In this document: positions 49,190-63,108 of the stretch, in pieces
How positions within the stretch are numbered: position 1 is the first letter of the stretch
Layout of the letters: every line of letters starts with the position of its first letter
NCBI GenBank assembly: GCA_000004695.1
Contig: CM000151.3
Location: 6,464,001-6,528,000 of the forward strand
From: Dictyostelium discoideum
Taxonomy: Eukaryota
Reading direction: 5' to 3'
DNA: 64,000 nt
Made by a program: the position numbers and the translations under genes
Notes under the pieces: generated by a model
What the model was told of the DNA's origin: nothing
Database searches by the model: none
What the model saw: the letters and a program-made list of their open reading frames with translations, nothing else

Positions 49190-52003
49190 GCTGTTGTTGT
49201 TGTTGTTGTTGTTGTTGACCTTCAACTTCATCTTCCCAATAATTTTGTGGTTGTTGTTGTTGTTGTTGTTGTTTTGTATTAATTACAGATTGTACAGAAT
49301 TGGAAGAAGTTGTTAATGAACCAGCACTACTTGTTGATGAATTTATGTTAGTTGTTGGTGATAGGGTTGAGGTTGTTTTATTATTAATTGCTAAACCAAA
49401 ATCACCAATTTTAATATCACCACATGAATCGAAAAATATATTCGATGGTTTTAAATCTCTATGAATGATACCTTGACCATGAACATATGCCATACCCTCA
49501 ACAATTTGTCTAAATAATTTCCAAATATCATCATCTTCTAAATTCATACCAGTTTCTGTTAAATTTCTTAAAATCTTTTGACAGTATTCCATCTGAATAT
49601 AAAGATATGGTATCGATGTTGATTTTTTAATATTCTTTAATTTGCTTGATGAAATTGATTTTTTACTATTACTTTTACTTTTACTTTTACTTTTACTCTT
49701 GCTCTTACTTTTACTCTTACTATTACTATTTTTTAATTTCTTTTGTTGTTGTGATTGATTTTGTTGTGGTTGTTTCTTTTGTTGTTGTGATTGATTTTGT
49801 TGTTGTTGTTGTTGTAAATGTTGATTACTTGAACCCATACTTCTAGTATTATTACCACCAATTTTATTATTTAAATCAAAAACTTCAAGTAGAAAGCCAC
49901 AATCTGAATGAAGGAATGAATAACTATCATCAGTTAAATCAAATTCTAATGATCTCTTATTACCATTTTGAAATAAGAATACCTCTGAAAATGATTGATC
50001 AAAATCATTATTCTCTTCTGATTCAAATTCAGAATCATCAGAATATTCACTTTCTTCACTTTCTTCACTTTCACTACTTTCACTACTTTCTTCACTTTCA
50101 CTACTTTCTTCACTTTCACTACTTTCACTTTCACTTTCACTTTGACTTTCTTCACTTTCACTTCCACTTTCAAACTCATCATCATCATCATCATCATCAT
50201 CAGAATTATCATTTGTTAATGATAAACTTTCAGCACTTTCAATCCAAGCTTGATAATATCTTACAACATGTTGATGATGTAATCTTGATAATGTTATTAC
50301 TTCTCTTAGAATTCTTCTATTCAATGATTGATTACTATCCAATTTAATCTTTTTAATTGCATAATATCTGCCATCTAATTTATTTCTAACTTTAACTACT
50401 TGACCAAACCCACCTCTACCAAGTAATTGAATCTCTTCAAAATCTGAATGATATCTAGATTGTTGATGAGGATTAATTGTTTTTTGTGATGATCCTCCTC
50501 CTACTCCCCCTCCTCCTCCTTCACCACTATATTCAAAAGTTGATGGTGATTTCTTTAAACCACTATTTTCATTAGTTTTATTTAAAGTATCCCAAAATTT
50601 ATTTAAAAAGTGACCAGAATTATTTGCTGCTGAATCAACATTATTCTTTAAATCACTTAATGAAATATCATTAAATTGTTTTAAAAAGTAATCTTGAAAT
50701 ATATGTTGATAAATTTGATTATCATTTGAATTATGCATATTTAATAATGATAAATGATTTCTATTAAATATACCCATTTGTACTAATTGTTCTCCCTATT
50801 AATTAAAATAAAAATTAATATTACTTCTTTATGTTTTTACAAAAAAAAAAAAATATATATATATTAAATATTACTTACCAATGTTTTAATATGATCATTT
50901 GTAATATTTGAATCATTTTGACAAAGTAAACGAAGTAAATGAAGTATCATAGTTTGTTGTTTATCAATTGTTTTATTATCAATACTTGAAACATTACTAT
51001 TATTTGTATTATTATTATTATTATTATTATTAAAATTATTAAAAGCATTATTATTATTATTATTATTATTATTTATTGAATGATCAATTGAATAATCTAT
51101 ATTTCTTTGTTGTTTTGATAATTTTGATTGTGGTCCATTTGTAAATTCATTTACAATTGTTTTCTTTCTTTCTTTTTCATATTGTGCTCTTTGAATACTT
51201 TTTTGAAGTCTATAATTCTTTCTATCCTCTTTTAATTGACTTTCTTCTAATGTTGATTCCCATTCTTTTTTAGTATCATTATTATATTGAAGTTGTAGTT
51301 GTTGTAATTGTTGTAATTGTTGTTGTTGTTGTTCATTCGTACTAATTTCAATTGATATCTTTTGTTGATGTGATCTGAAATCATGGTGGATCGATTGTGT
51401 TGGTTCGAAATTATTTTCATTTAAAAAGTCTTTGGCGATTTCACAAAGATCAAATATCATAATGTTACCGATTTTACCTTGAGATTCTCTTATTAACTTC
51501 TCCTCCAATTCTATTGCTTTCTTTTGTGGCAGTCCTTTGTTGACTAAAACTTGGATTGATGGTAACACAACTGGATATTTCTCGGGGAATCCCACCACTA
51601 AATAAATAGATACAAAACATTTCTCGTCATCCCCAACGTATGGTTTGATTGTAATTCTGAATCTTGCACTCTCTCTAATTGGTTTAATACCCTCGATTAT
51701 CGTATCCATATTCCTATTGATTATAATTGGATCCATTGTAATAAATTCGTCGTTGAATATAGCTTGTAACGCTTCCAACTCCATATCTTGTTGATCTTTT
51801 AATTGTCTAATCAATTCTCTATCTCTCTCTTTTTTCACCTTTTTCAATGCATTCTTTACACTTGATTTAGTTGGTAATTTAACTCCACCTTCTTCTTCAT
51901 CACTTGATAAAATATCTTCAATTAATTGTGCTGCTGCTGGTGGTGGTGGTGGTGGCGGTTGTTGCGACGGTTGTTTCGCCTTTTGTTTAGGTTTAGGTGG
52001 CAT
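46818..52003 (-). CDS. GCN2-like eIF2-alpha kinase (ifk family): RWD domain, protein kinase with a large acidic/Ser-rich insert, histidyl-tRNA-synthetase-like domain and C-terminal domain. Two exons: 50879-52003 and 46818-50795
   Basis: Exon 1 carries the RWD domain ([17 protein letters not shown]...[45 protein letters not shown]) and ends ...DHIKTL at a GTAAGT donor. Exon 2 carries the kinase motifs: [61 protein letters not shown]. The kinase insert contains (SE)n, (KS)n and poly-Q. The HisRS-like region reads [17 protein letters not shown]...[12 protein letters not shown]...GGRYD. Confidence 0.9.
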
Positions 52004-52611
52004 TTTGTTTTTTTTTTATTTTATTTCTTTTTTTTTTTTTTTTCTATATTTATATTTGTGAATATATATGTGTAAATGTAAGTATTTTAAAATTATTTTT
52101 TATTTAATTTTTTAAAAAAAAAAAAAAAGATTTATTTATTTTTAGATATCAAAAAATGTATAATGAGGGTGTGGGGTGTATTATATTAATTATATTTTTA
52201 TTTTATTATTATTATTATTTTTTTTTTTTTTTTTTTTGATGGGGTTATAACAGAAAAGGATTAAATAAAATGAAAAAAAAAATAAATAAAAAATAAAAAA
52301 TAAAAAAAAAAATATTTAAAAAAGAAATTAGTGAACTATATGTTATTTTATTTTTAATTTATATTTTTTAAAAAAAAAAAAAAAAAATAATAATAAAAAA
52401 AAAAAAATAATAAAAAAAACCAACACAACTGTGTTCTATGGAATTAAATTTAATGCATAAACGGAGTGTTTTTGGTAAATATTGTTGAGTATTTACAAAT
52501 TTGTCAAGTAAAAATTGAGTATGAAATTGTTACAATATTACTATACAATGTATTGATAAATTAAAAAAATAATCCCTATGAGAGTTTGTTTTTTTTTTTT
52601 TTTAAAAATAA

Positions 52612-52642
<31 letters not shown>

Positions 52643-52956
52643 CGTTAGTCTCCCAATGCCTTAAAAATATCTTTTTTTTTTTTTTATTTTTATTTTTATT
52701 TTTTTTTATTTTTAATTTTTTTTATTTTTTTTTTTTTTATTTATTTAATTTTTTTAATATTTTTTTTCATTCTAAAAATATCTTTGGATCTCCTAGAAAA
52801 AAAAAAAAAAAAAAATCGTCATTAAAATCCTTTTATTGTCAAAATTGATTCTTTGTTCTGTTCTATGGGTGGCAAAAAAAAAAATAAAATAAAATAAAAT
52901 AAAAAAAATAAAATAAAATAAAATAAAGAATTGATTAAAAAGAAATCAAAAATTTA

Positions 52957-54404
52957 TTATAACTTATTAAAAAAACCTTCAACATCAATTGAATTAATAT
53001 TATTACCATTTGAATCGTATGACATATCAATTTTCTAAATAATTAAATAAAGAAAAAAAAAAATAAAAAAAAAATAATATTAAAAATTAAAAAAAATAAA
53101 TAAATTATGAAAAAAAAAAAAATATTAGTAAATCTACATTTAAAATATTAAAAAAAAAAAATAAAAAAAAAAAATATTAAAAATTAAAAAAAATATACAT
53201 ACACTTAAAAATCTATTTAATTCTTGAGAAGGAATAAAAACAGTATTAGAATTAATTTTGTTGAAAAATTGTTTTTTTTCAGGATCAGTGGTTTTTGAAA
53301 TAGTGGATTGATCAATTTTAGCTAAACCTTCAATCATACCAATTACTTCATTCTCAATATTAATAACTGGACCACCACAAATACCCATTGGTGATGGATT
53401 TCTAGTTGAAACATAAAATCTTTCTGGTGATTCATCAAAGTGGAAAACGTATGGTGTTTCAATTGGTTTCATAATATTTTCACTTTCACTTATTAATTGA
53501 TATCCATATAATTTACCTTCCTATAATATATAATATAATATATAAATAAATGAGTATAATAAATATGATTATCAGTATTTTTAAGTCACAAAACTTACAT
53601 GACCTTCTTTTGGGAATTCATAATGTTCCAATTCCATAATAGTTGTGTGATATGGTAAATTGGTTTTATTGAAATCATCTTCATCAACTTTAAAAACAAC
53701 AAGATCTAACATTGGATGTAAATGGAATGGTGGTTTTAATGGGATAATATTAAGTAATTTACCTGTTTTTTGCTAATATGTATATAAATATTATATAAAT
53801 ACATAATTAATATTTTCAATTATATCAATTGATATATATATATTTTTCAAAATTAAAAAATATTTACATCTCTATATTCTAATTGAACTTTAATATTTTT
53901 TTCACCTAATGAATAAATCCAACTATATTGATCCTCTTTGTATAAATTTGGAAAATGAAATGGATGAGTGATATGTGCACAACTTATACAATATAAAGAA
54001 TTATTTGGTTTTGATAAGAGTCCTGATGGTGCTCTTGCTAAAAATGCAGTTCCTTTTGAAAGGTTTGTATAATCTTCAACACCACCTTCTGGATATCTAA
54101 AGAATGAACTAATTGTGAGAAGATCTGGTCTTTCAACCATTCTAAATTTATATGCTTCTGTAAGTTCATTATATTCTTCTTTTTGTTTTAAAGTCTGTCC
54201 TTTAAATTCTTCAGTATTCTTTAAAGGATTTAGATTTTTATTATTATTATTATTATTGTTATTATTATTATTTGAAGAAGTACTATAATTATTTTTAATA
54301 ATTGTTTGATTCACTATTATATTATTTGAACATTTTATAATTGAATTACTATTACTACACCTTAATGATTTATTTGCAAAACTAATTAAAGATCTTGAAA
54401 TCAT
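52957..54404 (-). CDS. trypsin-fold (HtrA/DegP-like) protease homolog with Cys in place of the nucleophilic Ser and a mitochondrial-presequence-like N-terminus. Four exons: 53865-54404, 53612-53785, ~53203-53493 and 52957-53030
   Basis: The His box reads LYCISCAHITHPFHF. The Asp region reads DLVVFKVDEDDF. The oxyanion and nucleophile segment reads SPMGICGGPVINIENEVIGMIEG, against HtrA GNSGGPLVNLDGEVIGINT, giving TGT (Cys) at the Ser position. Junctions are GTAAAT, GTAAGT and GTGTAT with AG acceptors. Product length is about 360 aa. Confidence 0.6.
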
Positions 54405-54475
54405 ATTTAAATTATCTCGTTGCTGGGTTTTCGAGTTATTGAAAATGAAAAAAAAAAAAAAAAAATTTTCTTTTT

Positions 54476-54514
<39 letters not shown>

Positions 54515-55054
54515 AAATTGCATTCATTTTTTTTATATTTTATATCATTTTGTGTGTTTTTGAGTGCTCTATTTTTATACACTAAATCCATATAAAAAAT
54601 AAAAAAATTAAATAATTGTTAAAAAAAAAATAAATAAAATTAAAAAAATTAAAAAATGGAAAATAAAATGAAATTTCATTTTATTTTCCATTTGAAAAAA
54701 AAGGATTAAATAAAAAATATTTTCATTTTTTTTTTTTTTTTTTTTATTCTGTGTCCATGAAATTTAGGTTAACCCCATAATTTTTTTTATTTATATATTT
54801 ATTTTTATCACAAGTTATAAATATATATATTAAAACAATCAATAAAATGCATTAGGTTATTAATCCCCAAATACAAAAATAAATATTTTAATTTTTTTTA
54901 TCTATTTTTTTTTTTTTGTTTTTTTACACCACACATTTGTTTTTTTTTTTTTTTTTTTTATGTATTATAATGTCAAAAAGTTAATTAAGGATAAAAATAA
55001 AAATAAAAAATAAAAATAAAATAAAAAAAAAAATACATTAATTTTTTATTTTAA

Positions 55055-55086
<32 letters not shown>

Positions 55087-55311
55087 AACTTTTATTATCA
55101 TTATTAAATTTTTTTTTTTTTTTTTTATCATTAAAATTTAAAAATAGTATAAAACCATAATAATAATAAAGTTTTTATTTGTTTAAAAAAAAACTTTTTT
55201 TTTTTTTTTTATCATTAAAAAAGGAAAAAAAAAAAAAATAAAAGAAAAGAAGAAAAAAAAAAATAAAAAAAAAGAAAAGAAAAGAAAAGAAAAAGAAAAA
55301 GAAAAAAAAAA

Positions 55312-56862
55312 ATGACAACAATTGTTGAAGAAGAACCATTATTTTACATTGTTATGTTATCAATTGGATCATTTTTTGCACTTGGTTCAATTATAATAGC
55401 AGTTATATTAATACTTCAACATTTTATTCATTATAATAAACCAAATCACCAAAAGTATATTGTTAGAATTATTATGATCGCACCAATCTATGCGATTCAT
55501 AGTTTATTATCATTATTTTTCAAAAGACAATTTTGGGCATTATTTTTTGATATTTCACGTGACTGTTATGAAGCCTATGTTTTATACTGTTTCTTTAAAT
55601 TGTTAATTTGTTTCCTTGGTGGTGAAGAAGCATTGAAAGAATTATTAAGCAAAAAGGATACACAACCACTAACTTGGCCATTAGGATATTTCTTTAGTTT
55701 TACACCAAAAAAGAGTTTCTATAGATTATCACTGGGTTTAGTTTTACAATATGCAATCATAAAACCAACATTAGCAATTGTTGCAGCAATTTTATACTAT
55801 AATAATAAATATTTAGAAGGTGATTTTTCAATATCTCAAGGTTATTTATGGATTACTGTTATAAATAATATTTCAGTATTAGTATGTATAATTTTAATTT
55901 TTATTATTTTTATTATTTATTTTTATTATTTTTTAAAATTATTAACCTGATAATAAATTAATAATTAATTAATTAATTAATAAATTAATTAGATTGCACT
56001 TTACTTTTTAGTAATGTTTTATGAAGTATTTCAAAATGAATTATCACCACATAGTCCAATACTTAAATTTTTAGTGATCAAATCAGTGGTTTTCTTTTTA
56101 TTTTGGCAAACTGTTGTTATCACTGTATTGATATGGTTTGATGCATTACCAAAATCAGATGTTTATTCATCAGAACATATTGGTTACTTTATCAATGATT
56201 TCTTGGTTTGTATTGAAATGTTTATAACATCAATTGCAATGGGAATTTGTTTCTCTTATTCTGATTATGTTATTGATAAATCAACACATGATGAGATTTT
56301 GGGTAATGGTAAAAGAAGTAGTAGTAGAGGAATTGGTAGTAGAAGTGGAAGAAATATTAAAATCTCTTCAAAAATAAAAAATATTAAAAATAATTTCAAT
56401 AGATATAGACATAATATTGGTGATGGTTTATCAGATGTAAATAATCCAAAAGATATAATTTTAGATACAATAATGGTTGCAAAGTTAAATAAAAATAATA
56501 ATAATACAAACAATAATGAAATTAATAATGGAATAATTGATAATAATAATAGTAATAATATTGAAAATAATGGAAAAAGTAGAAATAATATTGAAAATAA
56601 TATAGATAGTCAAGATGTAATATTATTATTATTATATATATTTATTCATTTCTTTTTTAAAAATTAAATTTTAACATATTAATATTATTATTATTTTTTT
56701 TAGTATTTCAACTTTATAGATTTAAATACAAACGATAAAGAAAAACAAAGTAAATCAAAATATTTTAAGATTAAAATGCCAGATTCTGATCAATCATCTT
56801 TAATAAATCTTGATCAGTGTGAATCACCTTCAATCTTATATGGTTCATTAAATGGTGCTTCA

Positions 56863-56899
<37 letters not shown>

Positions 56900-57033
56900 T
56901 TAATAATAATAATAATAATAATAGTAACAATAGTAATAATAATAGTAATAGTCAATTTGAAAGTATAGATATAAATAGCAATAGTGTTAACTCAAACAAA
57001 AATCAAAGTGATGCTATATTATTTACTTTTTAA
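55312..57033 (+). CDS. TMEM184 / Ost-alpha-like (DUF300) seven-TM membrane protein with an N/S-rich C-terminal tail. Three exons: 55312-55881, 55993-56616 and 56704-57033
   Basis: HQKYIVRIIMIAPIYAIHSLLSLFF...ALFFDISRDCYEAYVLYCFFKLLICFLGGEE...YAIIKPTLAIVAAILYY...GYLWITVINNISVL matches the TMEM184 family. The GTATGT donor after 55881 and TTAATTAG acceptor join in frame to IALYFLVMFYEVF... The GTAATA donor after 56616 and TTTTAG acceptor join to YFNFIDLNTNDKEK... Confidence 0.75.
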
Positions 57034-57221
57034 AAAAAAAAGAAAAAAAAGAAAAATAAATGTATTATAAAATGTAATAAAGTATATACTTCAGTATATA
57101 CCATGTCCTTTGCCTCTTGTATAAATTTTTTTTTTTTTGTTTTTTTTTTTTTTATTATATTACTTGGTAGCTTTTTATTATTATTTATTATTATTATTAT
57201 TATAATTTTTATTATTATTTG

Positions 57222-58277
57222 ATTATTTCTTTTTATTTGATTTAGATCTAGATTTTGATTTTGAAATTAAAACTGGATCTCTACCTTGTTTAAATTCCTC
57301 AACCCAATGAAGAATCCATTTTCTATTTGAAACTGGAACTTGTAAATCTTTTAATTTACGTGAAGATGTTTCCATAAGATCTTCCCATTTTTCAAATAAT
57401 TCTACATGTTGATCACATCCTCTACCTATTTGTTTTAAGAAAGATTCAACAGTATATCCTCCTATTATTATTATTTATTATTTATTATTTATTATTTATT
57501 ATTTATTATTTTTTATTTTTTATTTTTTATTTATTATTAATTATTATTTAATTGTATTAGTATAAATTCAAAGTATATTTAAAAAAAAAATAGATTTTGT
57601 TGATAGTTACTTGGTTCAGTAAATCTGAAAAATGGGAAATAATTAGCATTTGTTTTTGATGGATCTTTGAAAGGGTCTTCATATTTAATTATTAAATTTT
57701 CAACAGTTTTTGGTGCTCTGAATGCTGGTAAAATTGGTTGATCAGTTGGAAGTGGAGTGAAATGAAATTGATCGGATGGATCAAAATCTTCTGATGCATC
57801 ATATGTAACACCCCAGGTTGGACGTTGGCTTTCTGATCTTTTAGTCGATAAAACTGTTTTTGGTGCAAGAAATTCCTTTTCTTCTTGTAAATGTCTTTCA
57901 CGTTTTCTTCTTTTTAAAAATGTTCTAAATTTTTCATCGGCTCCTTCATTTTCTTCGAAATTTTCATCGAAATCTTCTTCGAAATCTTCTTCGAAATATG
58001 AATTTTCTTGTTCAAATTTCTCTGGATCAAATTCTTTATTTTTTTTAGATTTCTTATTAAGTCCTAATAATTCTGCAAATTCATCATCATCGATGGTTTC
58101 TGTGATTGTTGCTTCAGTATCACTTAAAGTATTTTGAGATAAATCTTTTGAACTAAATGATCTATTATTTTTATATATGTTGTTGCTGTTGTTGAATAAT
58201 GATGATACTGCTACATTTGATGATATAATAGTATTTTTACTAATTATTCTATTACTTAAAATTAATCTTGAAATCAT
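57222..58277 (-). CDS. IGR-motif domain protein, probably mitochondrial (N-terminal presequence-like MISRLILSNRIISKNT...). Two exons: 57607-58277 and 57222-57466
   Basis: Exon 1 ends ...FRFTEP at a GTAACT donor. The AATAATAG acceptor joins in frame to RGYTVESFLKQIGRGCDQHVELFEKWEDLMETSSRKLKDLQVPVSNRKWILHWVEEFKQGRDPVLISKSKSRSKS... This contains the conserved IGRG core of PF09597-type IGR domains. Confidence 0.55.
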
Positions 58278-58845
58278 TTTTTTTTTTTTTGTTTTTTTTT
58301 GATTTCACCCACAACGACTTTGTGTTGGTTTTTGAAATGAAAAAAAAGATAAACAATCAAAAAAAAAAAAAAATAAAAAATAAAAAATAAAAAAAAAAAA
58401 AATAAAAAAAAAGGTGAAAATAAATTTTCGAAAAAAAAAAAAAAATAAAAAAAAAAAACTAAACTATAAAAATTTTCGTTTTTTTTGATCAATTTTTTAT
58501 ATTTTTTTTTTTATTTTTATTTTTTTATTTTTATTTTTATATTAACTAAAAAATAGATTTAATTTACATTTTATTTTTGGTTTTTTTTTTTTTTATTTCC
58601 AAAAATGAATTTTTTTTTTTTTTTTCTTTTAGTTTTAAATAAAATCTATGGACTCTAGATATTTATTTTACAAAAATTCCTGATATTATAAACCTTCAAG
58701 TTACTAATGTGTCAGTGTCAGGGTCAGTTCAATTTTTTTTTTTAAACAAATCTTTTTTTTTTTATAATAGTCAATAAAAATGGTACTTTTTTGTTGGCTA
58801 TTTATTAAAAAATAATAAATTTAAATAACAAACGATAAGATTAAT

Positions 58846-58877
<32 letters not shown>

Positions 58878-58926
58878 TGAAACCACAAACAAGAATTTCC
58901 AGAAAATCCCAATCCACCCCAAAAAA

Positions 58927-58957
<31 letters not shown>

Positions 58958-58971
58958 CCTTTGGATTTACT

Positions 58972-59018
<47 letters not shown>

Positions 59019-59034
59019 AAATAGGACAATACAA

Positions 59035-59385
59035 GTGAACCAAAAAGCCTTTATTGATATTGAAGATGAAAAAAAGGAAAAACATAGATTGGTAGAAGCT
59101 AAAGGTAGAGGTAGAAGAATTAAATTATATGAAAAGTTGAATTTATTATTAAAAGATCTTGAAAAAAAAGTTGGTAAAGAAATTCCATCTGAAGTTTTAA
59201 TTATCAAAGAAGATCTAACAGATGATAGAAGAAAATTGAAATCAAACAAAAAGAAATACAACAACGAAGATATTTTAAGAAAAGTTCATGTACTAATTCA
59301 CATATCAAATTGTATCACTTCTAAAAGAAATTCTATTAGAGTTTCAATCAATGGTAAAAATATTGAAATTCCATCAACAACAACG

Positions 59386-59417
<32 letters not shown>

Positions 59418-59652
59418 GATATCAGATAATTACACAATTTCTCATTTTCCAACACCTCTACATTCACCAAGAGATATCGATGAACCAATATCACTTCCAG
59501 AATTACCAAGCAATGTTAACATCACAATCATTCATTCACCATTAAGTAGTGAATTAGAACAACTTGCCAACCTCTCAATATCTCGTCTTACACAACCAGA
59601 GCCAAAACATCAAATGTTTATTGATTTATACTTTTCCAGTTTTGATGTTTAA
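59035..59652 (+). CDS. hypothetical protein of 205 aa with a basic N-terminus, a poly-Thr tract and a Pro/Ser-rich tail
   Basis: Single ORF starting just after a long T-run, ending before the AT-rich spacer. No recognised domain. Confidence 0.4.
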
Positions 59653-59774
59653 AAAAAAAAAAAAAAACAATTAATTTAAAATTAAAAATTAAATAAAAAA
59701 AAAAACTGTACATTTATAGTTTTAAAATAAAATTTTATTTTTTATTTACTTTTTTTTTTTTTATACAATATTTT

Positions 59775-59899
59775 TTAAATAAAATCAGTTGGTAAGTTAT
59801 TACAATAATTAGGATTTTGATTTGGATTTGAATTTGAATTTGAATTTGAATTTGAATTTGAATTTGGATTTGAATTTGAATTTGAATTATTATTATTAC

Positions 59900-59951
<52 letters not shown>

Positions 59952-62900
59952 TTCAACTTCTAAATATTTTTTAACTAATTCACCCAAGGGTTGTAGTTTA
60001 AGTGGTTTTACTACAAAATCATCCATACCCATTGAAACACAATAATCTTTTGAACCATGTAAATAAGTTGCAGAGAGACCAACTATATTTGCACGTGATT
60101 TATAATTATTTAATTCTTCATGGGACCTAATAAGTTTTGAAGCCATTGAACCATCACATAGAGGCATATTTAAATCCATGAATATTAATTCATAATTATC
60201 TTTTTTTTGCATTTCAAAACCTTCGAAACCATTGGTAGCCGTATCACAGTCATAACCCAATTTTTTCAATTGAAGTTTAACTACTTTTCTATTGACAGCA
60301 TTATCATCAACTAATAGTATTCTTGGTCTTGTTCTAATTCCAACATCTAGTGAATTATTTGAATTTTCACTGTTTAAACTATTAACACTATTAACACTAT
60401 TAACACTATTTACACTATTAACACTATCACTTCTTGTTTCTTTAATTGTTATAGATGATGATTGGAAAAATGTTGATTCAGCTTTTGTTGATACAACTTC
60501 AGAATTTGCCTTTGGAGTTGGTGGAGTTACTATTGGGTCATTGATTAATTGAATATTTGATAATCTTTGTTCCTTATATGGTTGATTTTTTAAAACTACC
60601 AACTCACCATCACTCTTTAATTCACGAAGATTTTCACTGAATTCAAATTCATCAGATTCACCACTATCACTACTTGTATCGGAATATAGTTTAATTTTTG
60701 GTGATGATGTTGATTCCGTACCAAATCTATCAATTCTTAAAGGTGAGATATTAAAATCATATTTACCTCTATCTTTCTTTGGTGTCGTTTTCTTTTCACT
60801 ACTATCACTATGTGGAGAAATGGTTACAAATTGTTGTTCTTGTTGAAGTTGTTGTTGTTGATGTTGTTGTTCTTGTTCTTGTTGTTGTAGTTGTTGTTGT
60901 TGTTGTTGTTGTTGATTATCAATTTGTGAAATTGTTTGAATTAAATTTGAAGATGATGAAGATTTTGGTATTATTTTACGAGCCATATTTGAAACTTTAA
61001 TTAAATTTGTTGAGGAAATTGGTTTTTTGAAAATTAAAAAGTCTCTACGTTTTGGTAAATTTTTAAAATTTTTATGATTGATACCCAACGCAACCACAAT
61101 TTTCTTTTTATAAAATTCAATGAAATCTTTAACATACTTTAAAAATATATCTAGATTATCCATGAATCTATGGAAAACAATAATACATATTAAACTTGAA
61201 TCAAAGAATGGTAATAGCTCTGGATCAAGATTTTTTAAATCAATTTTGTTAACATCACCATTAATTTTATATTCTTGAACTAATTCAAAGAATTTTTTAA
61301 CTGTTGACTCTTTCACCAGTATTATATTTGATTCTTCAAAGATTTGATCAAATCTTTGAGATGCTATTGATGCTGTATATTCATAGTTGTCTAGAATTAT
61401 ACAAGTTTTATTCCTTGAAAATGATTTATCCGGTAGTAAAGATTTTAAAGTGTTTGAACCAATTTGTTCAAAATTTAAAGTTACAGAGAATAGAGAACCC
61501 ACACCTGGTTTACTTCTTTCTAATATTACTTCGCCACCCATTAATTTTGCAAGTTTACTTGAAATTGCTAAACCCAGACCAGATCCACCATATTTTCTAG
61601 TAGATGATGAATCGATTTGATGAAATGGTTCAAATAGATGTGCTCTTTGATCTTCACCAATACCAATACCACTATCATCTATACTAATTTTAATTTTACA
61701 TCTATTTTGTTCTCTAGAGATAACGGAAATTCTAAAAACTATATGACCTCTATCGGTATACTTTACAGCATTTGTACCCATATTTAACATAATTTGAATT
61801 AACCTATTTGGGTCACCAATAAGACGATGAGGAATATCAGTATCCATTAAAAATGCAATTTCAATTGGTTTATTAGTTATTGAAACACCAATTGTTTTAC
61901 CAATACCTTCTAAACAACCAATAAAATCGAATTCAATCATTTCCAATTCTAATTTAGATGCTTCAATTTTACTAAAATCCAAAATATCTGATGTAATTGA
62001 AAGTAGTAATTCACTTGAACCAAAAATAGTTTCAGCTATATCATGTTGTTCCGTATTTAAAGGACTAGTTGATAATAACATTTCTCCCATTGTTATAATT
62101 CCATTTAGAGGTGTTCTAATTTCATGACTGATTGTAGCAAGAAATTGAGATTTAATTTTTGTTGCTGTTAATGCCAAATCTCTAGCCTCCATTAATTCTT
62201 GATTTCTTTTTTGTTCCAATTCTGATTTCTTTTGTAATTCAATATTCATTTCTTTTAATCTTATTTGATCGGTAATATCACGTACAATAATCATTATTCC
62301 AATTGAATTTGAATGAATATCACTAATCTCTTTAACAAATACTTCGGCTGGGTATTTCTCTCCATTCTTTTTAGTTATTGTTGTTTCGGTCGAAAGATTA
62401 TTATTTTCGAAACAAACTTGTTTTAAAATGGTACTAATATCAGAACTCTTTTCAACCGAACTAATATTCTCCCCAATTTCTAAACCCAATAAACGTTCAT
62501 AAAACGCTCCAATCTTTCTAATGATTTTTCCATTTCTACTAACTAAACAACTACAAGATGGTGATTGGTCTAATAGATTTTTAGCAATAATTAATTGATC
62601 TGAAACTTTCTTTTTTTCAAATTCCATTGAAGTTCTATTAGTTATAAATGTTAAAATATTTGTATCTAAAATATTTGGATTTAAAGTTTGATCACCAAAT
62701 AAAACAATATCACCAAAATAAAATTCTTTTGAATCTTTTAATGGTATTTCCATATAACTTTTTAAATTATATTTTTTAATAATTTCTGAATTATTAAAAA
62801 TTTCATTAATGTTACTTTTTAATTATTTAATTTAAATAATAAAAAAAAAAGAAATGAATTAATATATTATTTTTTAAATTTTAAATATTTAGAATTAATT

Positions 62901-63073
62901 AAACTTACTCATAATAGGTAATGTTTTTACTAATTTTTTTTAAACTATATGAAAAATTTTCTAATTCTTGAGTTGATGAACAAAATGCAATTGTATCGAA
63001 TAAACCATCTTTATTAAGTACACTTATGCCGGCACACTATAAAAAATTAAAATTATTAATATGTATATATATT

Positions 63074-63108
<35 letters not shown>

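Noticed and set aside
49007-50347. ORFs 49007-49282, 49043-49231, 49646-49846, 49916-50347 and 49946-50212
   Set aside because: Alternative readings of the (CAA)n, (AGT)n and (GAA/AGT) repeat DNA in the GCN2 kinase insert.
58274-59264. ORFs 58274-58492, 58798-59085 and 59013-59264
   Set aside because: Homopolymer-derived ORFs (poly-F, poly-K) in AT-rich spacer. 59013-59264 is antisense to the start of the 59035-59652 gene.
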